Positions 18,545 through 31,669 of a stretch of DNA of 64,000 nt are shown one piece after another. The notes beneath the pieces are model-generated. The model did no database searches. It had not been told where the DNA came from and saw nothing but the letters and a program-made list of their open reading frames with translations. Every line of letters starts with the position of its first letter. Within the stretch, counting starts at the first letter, position 1. This DNA is from Lingula anatina (Eukaryota; Animalia; Brachiopoda): the NCBI GenBank assembly GCA_051362555.1, contig CM120640.1:27862503-27926502 (forward strand), read 5' to 3'. A program made the translations under genes and the position numbers.

Positions 18545-18588
18545 GTGTGTGTGCGTGTGTGTGTGTGTGTGCGTGTGTGTGTGTGTGT
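18545..18588. repeat. (GT)n microsatellite
   Basis: Directly visible, with two GC interruptions. Confidence 0.9.
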
Positions 18589-21500
18589 AATTTTTATGAC
18601 CTAAAAGGAGCAGGGTTGAGAACAGGAGAAACAGGGGGATATCGTTCTCATTCACTGCAACGTATTCTATGAAGCTATCATAGGGCTTACTTTTTTAAGT
18701 CGAGTAATACAACAGTCACAATGTCCAATATCAGTTTACATATCCAATATTGTATCAGTTTAAATTGGTAAAAAAATCTGATCGCTTTACGAGTAAATAA
18801 TCGTCACTTGTTTGCCATATTCTTAGAATAGTGCTTATTATGCAGTTTTTTTAAATGAATATGAACGAAGAGTCAAAAGTGCGATATATTGGGGTCTTTG
18901 TTAAGATGCTATTTTCAAATATCAGCTTTTAAGGTCGTTGACAAGACATCCTCCCACATTTTAAGAACGTTAGGTTACAAATTAAAGCTACAGGTGTCCG
19001 TAATATAAGTACGTGTTTGTGGGCTGCTAATTGGGTTCTGGATGTTAAGTGTCATGTGTCATAGACTTCCATGTTTTCAGAGGTTTTTCGTTATTGCTTT
19101 CAATCTGGTTTTGATAGGTTGACTTATTTAGCATAAATTACCAGGAATCATTAAATTAAGGACTCCGGATATTCTGATTAAGTTGTCCAACTTATCACAC
19201 CGTGACGTCAAGTGGTGCAGGAAATAAAGTTGGCTGGTTATTTTGAGTTGGGGGTACGCTGGAGCCGAAGCGCAAGGGAGAGGTGGTTTTTATCAAGTTT
19301 TATGGTAAGTCTAATACTTTATCCGTTAATGGTGAATAGATTTTAAGGGAAGTGTTATCATTCCTACCAAATACAGCTATGACAAAGCACTTTAACGGTA
19401 TAATAATCTTCTAGTCCAAAAACCATTCGGTCAAAATGTTTTAATGGCACGGTATACTGGTTCTTATGTACCGTGTCCCTTTTTTGACCAACGAATAAAT
19501 TCACATCGTCATCATATCATATAACGATTGTGCTTTATTTATTTAATATTAGGTTGTCTTTATAAAGATTTCATAACACACGTAAGATGTACAAAAATAA
19601 GCCACAAGCATAAATTCTGTAAAATAGTTTCATCAGAAGCAGATAGATAGTTTTAAATTCAGTTGTGTTTATGCTTGATTAATCCAAATATCCTTTCTTC
19701 TCATTAAAAACTCTATTATGATATAAGGTATAACCTGTAAGACTGCAGAAATATCTATCATTTGCACAACATTGTTCCTAAACGTCTTCCAAAACCTGGT
19801 TCTTAACGAACATGCCCTTTTCACCCAGAAGGGACCACAGGGGAGTAACAAAGGTCGTAAAACCATCCATTTATTGGAAATTTTCTCAATGGGTAAGCCT
19901 TGAATCAAATTGATCGAACCTGTTGAACTTTCCATTTAAGAATGTAATCACTGGGCAGCAATCTTCTGTGGAGCTTCGATATTTGTGGCGCTTCTTTCCG
20001 TGATGAACTGTCTGATAGAAGAACAGACGATAAAAAGCAAAAGGCAGGATATTCGATATATATTCATAGTGTCGATATTATTGCAGAATATTGGCATTTT
20101 TTTTATCCATGTATACTATTGATAGCCTGTGAATCTACGTAGTTATGAACAGTAAGACAAAGAGACATTCCTATCCATGCGTATTTTGTGCTTCTTCTTC
20201 ATTTGTTACACTGTACTTATACACATATCCGAATCCAATGTAACTGCTTAAGAAATAAATGAATCTTATATTGATACAAATGTGTTTGTATCAGACAAGC
20301 ATGGTTTTTGCTCGTGTTAAAGATAATCTTCATGTAGCTATTTTCATGGTCTGTGTATTCTTTTGCCGTTTCTCAGGGCCTATGATAAAACTACGTCACA
20401 AACACGTACACAATGTTATTTGAAACAAGGTGATTAAAACGTTGTTTTCGTGACAGGCGTTCATTTGACAAGCAATATCAAATGCATCTATCATGTAGCT
20501 TTCAACAAAATTCTAATAAATGCCTTTTTTTCATATCTGCTGTTGTTCTGAATCTCAGCTACAAGTTTGGGCTTTAAGTCTTGCTAACAAAATTAATTGG
20601 ACAGATCTTGGTATTTGATGCCACTGAATTCATTAAAATATTCAATATCAAATCAATGATATTCCAAACCGAATGGATGTTTATCTTATTCGTGCCATAT
20701 TTAACTAAAGTGAGTGACAGCAAATTGGAAAAAACTTGTAATATTACGCACGCGTGAGCCTTCTGAAATCTCACAACACATCCATATCAAGGAGTGACCT
20801 AAAGATCTGTATGCAAACTTTAATCTCAAAGCATAATCAAAAGTCTTCACAGCTGAATTTCCATCAAAACATTCATATCAAGTTTTTTAACAATGTAATT
20901 ATCGCTAACGACGGGCAACTGTCAGTGTCTTTTCGAATGTCTGAGTGTTTCATGAACGCTCTTTCACCAACACTTGTATGGTAGTTTATAAGGTTCCTGC
21001 TTTCAACATCAAGCGTACACGGCGTATGGGCACCATTAATTTTGTGACAGGATAATAAACTTAGATGGAAGTACAGACAATACAAATATAGTCTAAGTGT
21101 GACACTTGAAGCACCGTTTTGGGATACCACAGAGGTACATTCGTTGGTATGTTACTGCGTTGTCTGAATTATTTTTTAAAACGCCATATCGCACTGTTCA
21201 GTCCCAGTTCGCCTGTTGATGAGCCAGATATTCGATGTAGGGTCAAAAAACGGATTTTCCTGGGGTAAAGAACGATTTTCCCATACTTACCAATGGTTAA
21301 TGAATTCCATTCCGTCCATGTTTTTTTCTCTAATTTTTTTTTTTTTTGTTATGATCTCTTAAGAGATTATTACAGAGGTATAGCCATCTATGAAGGTGCA
21401 CGTCATCTGATGGAAAGCACAGATTCCAGAATAATTGCGATAACCGCTGCTTTGGTGGTAAAATGCAATTTATTATAATTCGGTGAGCTGCTTACAATGT

Positions 21501-22424
21501 TTTTATTGTGAAATATGAATCTCATACAAACAGTTGTTATCCCTTTAACATAGCGCACTTGGCACTGCCGGGCCAATCAAAGCTTGGCATGCAATGGCAA
21601 TACCGACTTGACTCAGCTTTATTAAATGACGCTTGTCAAGAACTGACAGGGCACTGAATTATTAAAAAAAGACAGGACAATCTGTTGCACAATGAAATGC
21701 CACAATTAAACGCCCTTAGATAGTCCAGATGGTATGATCAGTTGATCTGACCTTTTAACTCGACTTCTTTAAGGTCAAGGGACGTAAGGGAGGAGTAGGT
21801 AGAATCGTCAGTATCACATCAGTATGATACGCAAAGAGATAGCATAACAAAGAGTTATATTTACTTTACACAGGAACATTTTCATCAACCAACGAAGGTA
21901 AGTTTTCTTAATAGTCCCATCCTAGAAAACCAGATCTTTCTTTGACAAACTCTAACATTTACCAGAGGTTGAATTGTCTTCATAATATAAAGGTGATGTA
22001 TGAGCAAGTGCAAATTGATCAATGATTTATTACAGCTTTGGTTTTCGATCAACCAAAGAAAGACTCGTTTTCTCAATAATGGCTATGCACGTGTGTGAAC
22101 AGACGTTTTTGCTAGGAGTGTGAGTCAAGAAAAGACAATAAACAATTGTCTGGGGGCCAGTGTGACAGGAATGGTAGTCCTAGGAACTGAAGTTCCCATA
22201 TGATTAGTAAAGTTCAGGGTTACTTGGAGTATTTGGGGCTAGAATATGGGACGAATGTCACCCGTACGAAGCAATGGGAAACGGACTGTTGTTCCGAGCG
22301 GACTACCATTCCTATCTCTCCGGCGAACTGAAAGCAACCAGCCAAGTCCGCATTTTTCGGTTAAATTAGCTTTGGTTATTGCTTCAAAGGTACAATTACG
22401 GACGCGTACAAAAGAATTCAGGAT

Positions 22425-22561
22425 AATAATAATAATAATCTTTATTGAGCACTAAAATGTGTACAGGTTACATTTTACAGGCTCTCTGCTCTACCTATAG
22501 TACTATAACATCTATATAAATACAAAATATATATGGAATAGTATATACCGTGTGTGTTTGT

Positions 22562-22635
<74 letters not shown>

Positions 22636-24400
22636 CTCTTAAGCATGCATGCTTCAACTTTTAGACTAAGCAGCCACTCAAGGTTTTCATGATCTGTTTT
22701 CTGCTCAGGAGGTGTCATGAGTCTACTTCTTCCGTCACTGTGTTCTTTACATTTTAGTAAAAAATTAATTTCTGTTTCAATTTCATTACAGTGGGGGCAC
22801 TTACGATTCTCAGTAGGGGTTTTAAGAGATGAAAAGCGACCCCCTTAAATTTCCAAGTCGTGGTCACTAACCCGAATTTTCGCAATAGTCTTTATTTCTG
22901 ATCTCTGATCTCTTTTATGATCAAGACCCCAATATTGTATAAATGTTCTGATTGATCTAAACCAACAGGCTCCTTGTTCTTTTTGGTCCTGTTCATAGTT
23001 GTTTTTAATCAATTTGCTGGAAGGCAGTTCTTTCAGCCTGGCACTGTATCTCTGTGTCTGTTTTACAACATCAAAGTAGAGTAGGAATCTTCCAAATTCA
23101 GCTCTACAGGCATTGTTCATAGCATTTTCCCGTACACCTAGTACACATTTGCACATCTTAGATGTAATTGTTCGAAAGGCAATTAAAATTAATTTTGAAA
23201 GTGACATTTGTTTTTCCTTGAATATTTCTTCAGCCCATACTTTACATCCATACAATAAGATGTACTTGATGATTGTGTCGATGAGTTTCAAATTAATTGG
23301 GGGAGGTGATATCTTGTTTCTTGATATCGTGATATTTTCCCTTTTTAGTAAATATCATAACCTTGGACTTTTTCTCGTTTATGATTAGTTTCCACTATTT
23401 ACAATATGCTTGCAGTGCCGTTATTTTGTTTTGTAGACCGTCTTTAGCTGCAGATAATAGGACAGGTCGTCTGCTTACAAGATATGAAAATTCTCCTTGA
23501 AGTCATCCATATTTAAATTAAAGAGCGTGGGATGAAGATTATCCTCTTAGCGAATCCCCAGTCTCGATAGAAATGGGGTTGTGTAACCTTCACCTACCGA
23601 GATGCCTAATCTGGTGTATCTAAACATGCTTTTTATGACACGGTAGAATTTGCCATGAATCCAGAGTTTAAGCAACTTCAGTAAGAGTCTTTTGTGCCAC
23701 ACTGAATCAAAGGCTTTTCTCATGTCGATGAAACATGCATATATTTTTTTGCTTTGGTTGAGATACCTGTTGACTAGTGATTTCAAAGTACAGCTATGAT
23801 CTGTTGTTCTATAACCTGGCCTGAAGCCTGCTTGCTCTTCGCTTAATTTGTTTTCATTGTTAATATGTTGAATGAGCCTATGTGCTAAAACTGGATTGAA
23901 TAATTTTCCTTAGCAACTAGTTATGCAAAAACCTCTATATTTTGAAGGGTTCATGTGCTCTCCTGATTTAAACAGTGGGATTATAATTCCTAGGTTCCAT
24001 TAGTCAGGAATTTCAGTATTAACCACCCAGTTAAACAATTTAGTGAGCACAACTGCAAAATACTGTGCCCCAGCATTCAGCATTTAATTTCTCACCATAG
24101 GTGATTTCCCGTTTTTCAGATTTTAATGGCATTTTTAACCTCTTTCAATGTAATTGGTTTGTCAAGCACTGCTTCCCCTGGGAGGCTTTCATGAGATTTA
24201 ATTTCATTATCTAAGTACTGGTCACCTTCAGGAGGGACCCCACACAAATGGTAGAAGTGATTAAACTAATTGGACTTATCAAGCTTTGCTGCTCTTTATC
24301 TTGGTTTAGTTTTTTAAGGGTTCGCCAAAATGCTTTAGGGTTTTTATAAGAACAGAATGTTCAGCCAGGCGAGCGTTTGCTGTAAAACGTCTTGCGTATA
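22425..24400 (-). mobile_element. Degenerate 5'-truncated CR1/L2-group LINE (RT pseudogene) with 3' tail
   Basis: Minus-strand remnants EEQAGFRPGYRTTDH, ACFIDMRKAFDSVWH, *ADD (broken YADD) near 23470, YGCKVW, CRAEFGR and C-terminal RVSDHDLEI...RKCPHC...FLLKC. AATAAA followed by an (ATT)n tail at about 22425-22447. Many stops and frameshifts. Confidence 0.9.
22548..22630. repeat. Compound (TG)n(TA)n microsatellite in the LINE 3'UTR
   Basis: Directly visible. Confidence 0.95.
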
Positions 24401-27394
24401 TTTGGATGATTTTTATATTTGGAAGAGCGCCTCTGTACGTTGGTCCTCAAACTCATACCTTAATTTCTATGGTCTGATTAAAATATAGCAGTATTTGAAT
24501 TAATTTGTCTTATTAATCTTCGTTGTGAATAATTCAAGTTGCTTCGAGGAAGCAATCCATCAAACAGAAGATAGTTTACTGTCGATTTTTCGGCGAAATG
24601 AACACATGCAATCAGAAACCATGTTTAGTCTTCAGTGACTTCTGTCTTATTCACCCTCTCAATGGTTTCTCCTTTAAAAGACCATTCCCGTTAATTTTGC
24701 TATTTTCTGTTTGAATAGTTTGTAGGCCTACTTCTTTCCCAGATGACATGTCTTGCCATATTCTTATTTATTAATAAAATCACTATCAGTCATGCAAAGC
24801 GAAAAGAGCAATGGATGCATGTAGGGACTGACCTATCCTCATAGTTATTAAATTTATATGAAAACAACCAGTAGGATATAAATAAGCTGCACCAGAATAA
24901 TGCACATCCCCAAGTAAAGTAGTTTTGATAATACAGACACCTTTCCCTAAAAATCAATGCTTTTTAGCACATAAAATATTGGTTCAATAGCCTATAACAA
25001 ATCTATGGTGATCAATACAAAAATCAGAGTCCAAAAACGCAATGTTGGAGTTGAGCGTTTAGAGAGTTCAAACTGTCAACTCTCTGAAAAGGTGATTGAT
25101 CTGTCTTCTTCTTTTACTGAATACTGCACTCTATCTATTTTTCTGTAATAATAGATATATTTGTAAATGCCACGAAGGTATATTCCCAACCCTCCAGTAT
25201 AAAACCTCTTGAATGGCTTCAGTCTCTTCAACCCATTAGACACTTTCTCCCCTAAGAAGCTACAATGTTGTGACTTATGATAACGGTCGATCTGTGGTAA
25301 ACCTAATGGCTAAAGGCTATAGTTTTGTGGAGGTCAGATCTCATCTACCCCAAAATTCAACTTTATATCAAGGCATAATACATCCCTTTTATAGTAAAGC
25401 TGGCAACATCTATTCGTTTACACCTAACACCCTTAATATAACATCGGATCTGCCATCCATTGACTTGCTCGTATTTGACCTAGGTAATGGTCATTGATTA
25501 CTGTGGAAAAGACATAATCCAAAATATCAGCAAAAATATAGCTTTTTATAATATTATTGCAAACCCAATTTTCGAGAGTGTGACAGCTATTCTGAGCAAC
25601 AGTGCATGAACTAGAGATAATTTGCACTACAGTAACATGCAGTTGAAAAAAAAAACAAGCATTTGAAGTGTTCACCAATTGCCTCATAATTGCCAAAATA
25701 TGCTGTAAGATTTATACATAGAATGAAATTTCAGAAAAATACATCCTGGGAATACACAGTCCCTGCTAAATTTGACGTTTGAGAAGGTATTATAGATAAT
25801 GGATGTGCGTCAGGAATATTGATAAAGAGCTGACAGGGATTTGAGGACTGGCCAGCTCTTCTTCAGTAAAGTGTAGCACAAATAAATGCAGCCACCCCGT
25901 GGAGGCATTTCAATCTTGTCCTAATTGCAACTTGTACAAGCTGTTATTGTTAATCTTTGTATTCGTTTCTTATTTCTTTTATATAGCTGGCAAACTACAA
26001 GATTAGCGTATATGTAGGTAGCGGGGGAGGGCAAACGCCCTCTATGACAGGACAAGTAAAGTTGAAATTGATAAATAAAGAAACCCTCGACAAAATTTCC
26101 GGAAATATTCAATTTGTTCCACTACTCCTGCACCTGCCAGCTTCAAAACTGGTAAAGAGGTTTAAAGACGTTTTTTTTCTTCGGAGATTGATTCAGCGAT
26201 TACATTTTTTCATTTCCGGTTAAATAAAACGGATATTACATTCATTACTTAAAAGGATAAAACGGTCGTCTGAGACATAAGAGCAAATTATGTAAATTGT
26301 AAAAAATGACAGATATAAGACAATAAAATATAATCTGTTTCTTTTCACTTTAATGATACAACTTTTATTCAGGACATAAAAACAGGATATTTGAAGTGAA
26401 AATATACAGATACACTTGAATTGTCTTGTTAAGCATTTCCCGAGGTTGATTTATCTAATATAATCACTGTTTTACCGTATAAGAAATGAAGTCGGGCAAT
26501 TTTTCTCATTAAAGTATACATGGACAATCTTACAGCGAACCAACAGGGAATTTCCATTAATCTTCATTATCAATATTGCCATTAAAATTGTAAAGATAAC
26601 CTCGAGTGATCTGCTGCCAATACAGCCAAAACGCCAGAATCTAAAATTTCCAAATTACGCATAGCACAATCGAAAGCGTGCCGTATTCATGCCCGAATCC
26701 CTACGAGTAGACTAATGCCGTCCCGTTGACATCAATTCCATTTTTAGACTGTCACATACATACGCTGTCGTAGAGTTGTTCATCGACGACCCTTGGAAGC
26801 AGCTTTGTACTATTTCTCGTTCCTTGAAGTTAGTGTATATTCATAAACTACTTTTGAAGCAAAAGGCGCGTTTTTATAAATAAAATCCTTCTATAGAATA
26901 ATTTAAGATTTTCCACAAAATCAATGAACAATGAAAATTGATTAGTCAAATAAATATCTTTCTGAAGCATTATAGTTCTATTGTCCTTTAAATAAAATAT
27001 TTTACTTAATGCGCCGGAGATATACAAAAGACCCTTATTTTCAATTTATTATAGGATTTGATTCCTTATAATATAAACATATATGGTATATAAGGCTGAT
27101 ACTTTACAAAAGTGAAGGACCCGAGAAAATGGATCATATAATTAGCTCTATCAACAGTATCTGTAGTATTATTGGTCACATAAAATGTTGGATCAGACAA
27201 TGTACTCTGATTTTCAATCAGCTAATACACGGAGTTGAATAGACAGATAGCTAGTATCTTTTTATCTGTTATTTCCCACGCCATTGGCCATTAATTATCA
27301 AGTCGCTCCGTGGCTAGATCCAGTAGATAATTCTTCTAAAGCATCACGGTGGCTACTCCTTACACTTGCCCGATGGGTAATTTTACACGGCAAG

Positions 27395-27702
27395 CACGTG
27401 TTCACGTGTTCTATGCAAGTAACCTGTCCACACAGCGTAACCGTTTTGCTCTCCAGTCATACAACAGAAGTATAAAAACATGCTGAACATCAATAGTTAT
27501 TTTTATGATCAAAGAAATGCGGCATGTATAGGTGGACGTCATAACAATACCTTGCGGGGGGATTTGAAGTGCATCACTGCAAGATAGGTAATGCTGATAT
27601 TAGTCTTAGCTTATTAACGTCAATCTGCCTTTAATATGCTACAAGTAGGCAGTACCTAATATCCTGAACACTTGAATCATTATATGTCATTTGTAATTGC
27701 AG
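27395..27702 (+). promoter_or_regulatory. Candidate core promoter and 5'UTR intron of the orphan GPCR
   Basis: Two CACGTG E-boxes (27395-27400, 27403-27408), TATAAAA at 27471, donor AG|GTAATG at about 27588, acceptor TTGTAATTGCAG ending at 27702. Confidence 0.45.
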
Positions 27703-27820
27703 GCTGAGTAATCCAGTGGCGTATACCAAGTACAAGAAAAATTGCTGTGATAACTGAAACTTCTTACAATAACTTCGCCACTGGGATTAAAGGCACCAAA
27801 CAGGAAGGTTTAACTTTGAG

Positions 27821-29035
27821 ATGAGCTTAACGAACGTTTCTACTTTGAATAATGTCTGTAAATGTCCAAATGTTACTGGCAATTGCTCATCGGATTTATA
27901 CGACAGGATGAAATGGGTTGAAATCGTCCAGGATTTTGCCCCAGCCGCCTTCTACGCTGACCGCATCGTCACACCTATCTGGTATGTGATCGGTTGCCTC
28001 GGGAACGTAACGTCTTTGATCATTTGGTCAAACAGAAGAATGCGCAAAAACAACACATCAGCGTACTATCTCTGCTGCCTTGCTCTCTCTGACTTGTGCT
28101 TTTTAGTACTTCATTTGCTAATGGAACTTAAGATTGCCTGGGGGCTTCGAACAATTGATTATCAAGTTGTTTGCGAGATATTCATGGTGTTATATTACAC
28201 TCCACAATATCTTTCTCCATTGCTTATTCTAGGATTTACCGGAGAACGTTTTATGGCCGTTTGCTACCCTCTCAAAGCAGTCGTATACTGCACCAAAAAG
28301 ATTACCCTTCGACTGATTTTTATTATGAGCTCTCTGGCGTTTGCCTTGTGCAGTGTCCAAGCTTATCTCTGGAAATATGATGCCATTTCTGAAGAATGCA
28401 TCTTTCGCCCAGAGGCATTTGTAGGAAGCATGGCATTTGGAACATGCTGGACATGGGGAACAGAAATCCTTGGATTTGCAGTTGTGCCTGTTGTTGTGAT
28501 TGGATTAAATTTAGCTGTTATAGCATCAATATGGGGTTCCCCTTTTGCGGGAAAATCGTCGTCTCACGAGTCAATTGCAATGCAAGAAATCGTCAATCAT
28601 AAGAATGTCCAGAAAGGAAAGGCGTCCCGTTCCAAAACCAAAACAACATCGACACTGATGCTGCTGAGTGTTTCTTTCTTTGCAATAGGCATGACTCTGC
28701 CGGCAACGATTGTATACGCCGTAAGTAATTTCATAGCCGAGGGTGACCCGTGCCTGTCTGACAGCCATGTGAGGACGGATTCAACTTGGAAGATGTATTT
28801 TGGGTATATCACGGCAAGAAAGTTGATCGAAGAAATATGCCTGTCGCATTATGCTTGTAATTTCTTCATTTACATTTGTGGAACTAAATTCAGAAAAGCC
28901 TTTCGTAACTTTTGCCACCGCAAAGCCTTTAGCTCAGATTTCAATAGATTTTCAAAAAAGAGGGAATCCAGTAGTACTGACACATTCGTCGCCAAGTCAA
29001 CTTTACATCGCGTGACCAAGCATCCGTATAATTAA
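27821..29035 (+). CDS. Intronless class-A GPCR, orphan peptide-receptor type (FMRFamide/sex-peptide receptor/GPR139-142-like)
   Basis: 404-aa ORF with seven hydrophobic segments and N-glycosylation sites in the N-terminus. GN in TM1, LALSD in TM2, ERF in place of DRY, and HYACNFFIY in TM7 (NFxxY instead of NPxxY, typical of this invertebrate-expanded family). Confidence 0.92.
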   Translation: MSLTNVSTLNNVCKCPNVTGNCSSDLYDRMKWVEIVQDFAPAAFYADRIVTPIWYVIGCLGNVTSLIIWSNRRMRKNNTSAYYLCCLALSDLCFLVLHLLMELKIAWGLRTIDYQVVCEIFMVLYYTPQYLSPLLILGFTGERFMAVCYPLKAVVYCTKKITLRLIFIMSSLAFALCSVQAYLWKYDAISEECIFRPEAFVGSMAFGTCWTWGTEILGFAVVPVVVIGLNLAVIASIWGSPFAGKSSSHESIAMQEIVNHKNVQKGKASRSKTKTTSTLMLLSVSFFAIGMTLPATIVYAVSNFIAEGDPCLSDSHVRTDSTWKMYFGYITARKLIEEICLSHYACNFFIYICGTKFRKAFRNFCHRKAFSSDFNRFSKKRESSSTDTFVAKSTLHRVTKHPYN

Positions 29036-31669
29036 ACATTTATTAAAAATACCTTGAATAAATTAAGGTCGCCTATAGGCCTACTGCTATCAGGGCTGAC
29101 CTCTCTCTGTTACCGCCAAGTGTCACGTTAGCTCCCACCTGAGATACCAGCAAAATACGATACACACGTGTCTTAACCTTTGGATGGATGTAAAGTCAGT
29201 TACTGTTGAAATTATGGCAAATGCATTTAAATGATATATATTGCTTACACACATTTCAAAGGAGAACGAGTGCACAGATAGTCAATTCACCGAAATAAAT
29301 ATCCTAGTGAAATATCGTCTACCGTTTAAATGCTAACACAACGTATTCAAATATTCTGACATACATTTATAGCAACAAGATGATTTTCAAGAGCACTTTT
29401 TTCGTTTTGATTTTCGTGATAATCACTGTCTTTAAAACTGGAAAATGCCGCTTAGAGTGGCCGTTATATGACCCATCATGTATTTTGGTAGCTATATATT
29501 AGTGATGTAAAATTCAACTGCACCGGCAACAATATCTCCTTGTAGCACTACGTTTTTTGTCAAACCAAACTGTCAGGTCATGGGTTTAGAATGTATCACT
29601 TCTTATACCAGTAAATTCACATGAAATGGGATACGAGTAACATATGATAATGTATTTTTATACGAACATGCGTTAAGTACAACACAAATAACACCATTAA
29701 TTTAAATATTTTAGTATAGTTTTAATTATAAATAGCGATGTGATATAAAGTTTAAAATATACAGCGAGCTCAAATTAGGCAGGTTTGTAGTAAGCGAAGG
29801 CTTCCCGAACTATTATGTTCGTCCCCCAGTTATACGTATTATACGTTCATTTTTGTAAAAAAAAAAGCCCTATAAAGGCTTTATTTTGACTATTTCTTTA
29901 TGAATAGCATCAAGGTGTGTAACCTGTATTTGCTTATTCAAATTCAAAATAAATAAGAATTATTAGACATTATGGCATGTGTTTTATTGCCTTAAAGTAT
30001 CTCTCAGGCATACCAGAAATCTTATAAATCCCCATTCCACCAGTTTCTTAATTCTAGATGCTTACTAAATTCTTATTAAATGCTGGCGTCTTGAATGAGT
30101 CTTGGGCCATGGCATATAGTCAATCAACATAAGAACTCATGTCAGGAAAGTTCATTTTAGTTCGTACAATTTACATGAGAAAACCATGTACATTTATCGA
30201 TATAACAGACACTGCACGACAAACTACACAAAAAAGTTAATATTACGAATATATTTATATGAATTTGTTTCTTGGCAAACCAGCCATGAACTAAACATAT
30301 CACCGTTCTTGAACAGTTTGACAGATAAGGTATCTTTATTATTCACATGCACGGGCTGTTGACTGAGAGGCCCTTTCGTAATGAGTCTAACGGAATGAAA
30401 AGGGGCACCTGGCGTAGATGTTAGATCCCTGGTTGTCGCATTGTTACAAACATGTATGTACTCTAATCAGAATTATGCACTAATGAGGAGAATTAATATT
30501 AATTTCAATTCAAAGTTTATTCAAAGTTTTTTCCAAGCACGCAAAAGTAACCCTGCGTGAGGTAACTTGACAATGTTATTTCTAACACTTATTCTGACAG
30601 CTTAAATCATTTTGGTATTTCACACATAATCCTGATCTATCATTGACTATTCCTTTCAAGCATTCACTAGTGCCCCAATGATGCATTCAAGGAGTGATCG
30701 CAAGAGAGGAACTTAAAGGAATTACCGATATCGCCCGAGAGGAACGTATTACCGATTAAGCATATAAGACTCATCTAGAATCCACCAATTGCAATGATTA
30801 TTTTGCATAAATTAAATTTTTTAAAAAGTAGATTCTACCTATGGACTCATATTCCAAAAAAAAAAAAAAAAACACAAAGAAAAGGGATCACAAAGGACAA
30901 GTTAGCATCATACTTTGCTTTTCTCTCTCACTCAAAGCTCAGTTCTTGATCATTGGTTAATGTCAAATTTGTGTAGCACTCAATTTGTTTGTTTAGTCAA
31001 AAGAATAGAAACAAAAAGATCAAATGCTATGCCTAAATACGTTTCGAGGACGAGTTTCTGAGAAGGGGTTATAAATTAAGCCCACCAAGTGAAAGTAACG
31101 GGTCATCTCCCGCATCTCCTATAATTTCACTAGCCGCTTGGAGTTCATACTAAATCAGGGTTTCTGTGCGATAGCAGATGATTAATACGGCGACCCAGGA
31201 TAACTGGGCGCATAAAAAATCTCATCATTCAAATTTTTTTTAGTCAAGACCTGAAATATCATAGGTAGTGCAATTATACAAATATTGACCGATGGGTGTG
31301 AGTTAAATGGCCATTAAGGCATTAGAACATGAATCTCCGATCGGTGAAAATAATCGTTCTGTTTTATAGCATGTTTTATTTCTAGTGTATAACATTTGCT
31401 ACACGAGGAACTACAAAATGTTTCCCGTTGAAGAACCAAGCAAATCGCTAAAACTGGAATGAAATATAAACTTGAAAATATATCTCTTACTGCAGAAGAA
31501 GCCTAATAAAATAAAAGTTGTGTTATGCTTGTGCTTAATTGCATTTGGAAAAACATAGTTTCGGACTATACATAATAAACACCGTTAGCGTGATGAAAGT
31601 TTTTCCTTGGAGCTAATACCAGGTGCGTGCAATTTTAGCAGGAGGTGAACGTTCATGCATTTATTTATA

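Noticed and set aside
18286-18672. 128-aa hydrophobic ORF
   Set aside because: Hydrophobicity comes from T-rich DNA and microsatellites. The same applies to the ORFs at 22475-22718, 36085-36692, 46111-46509 and 46855-47106.
19669-19935. 88-aa ORF faintly resembling a LINE C-terminus
   Set aside because: No diagnostic motif; it cannot be supported by eye.
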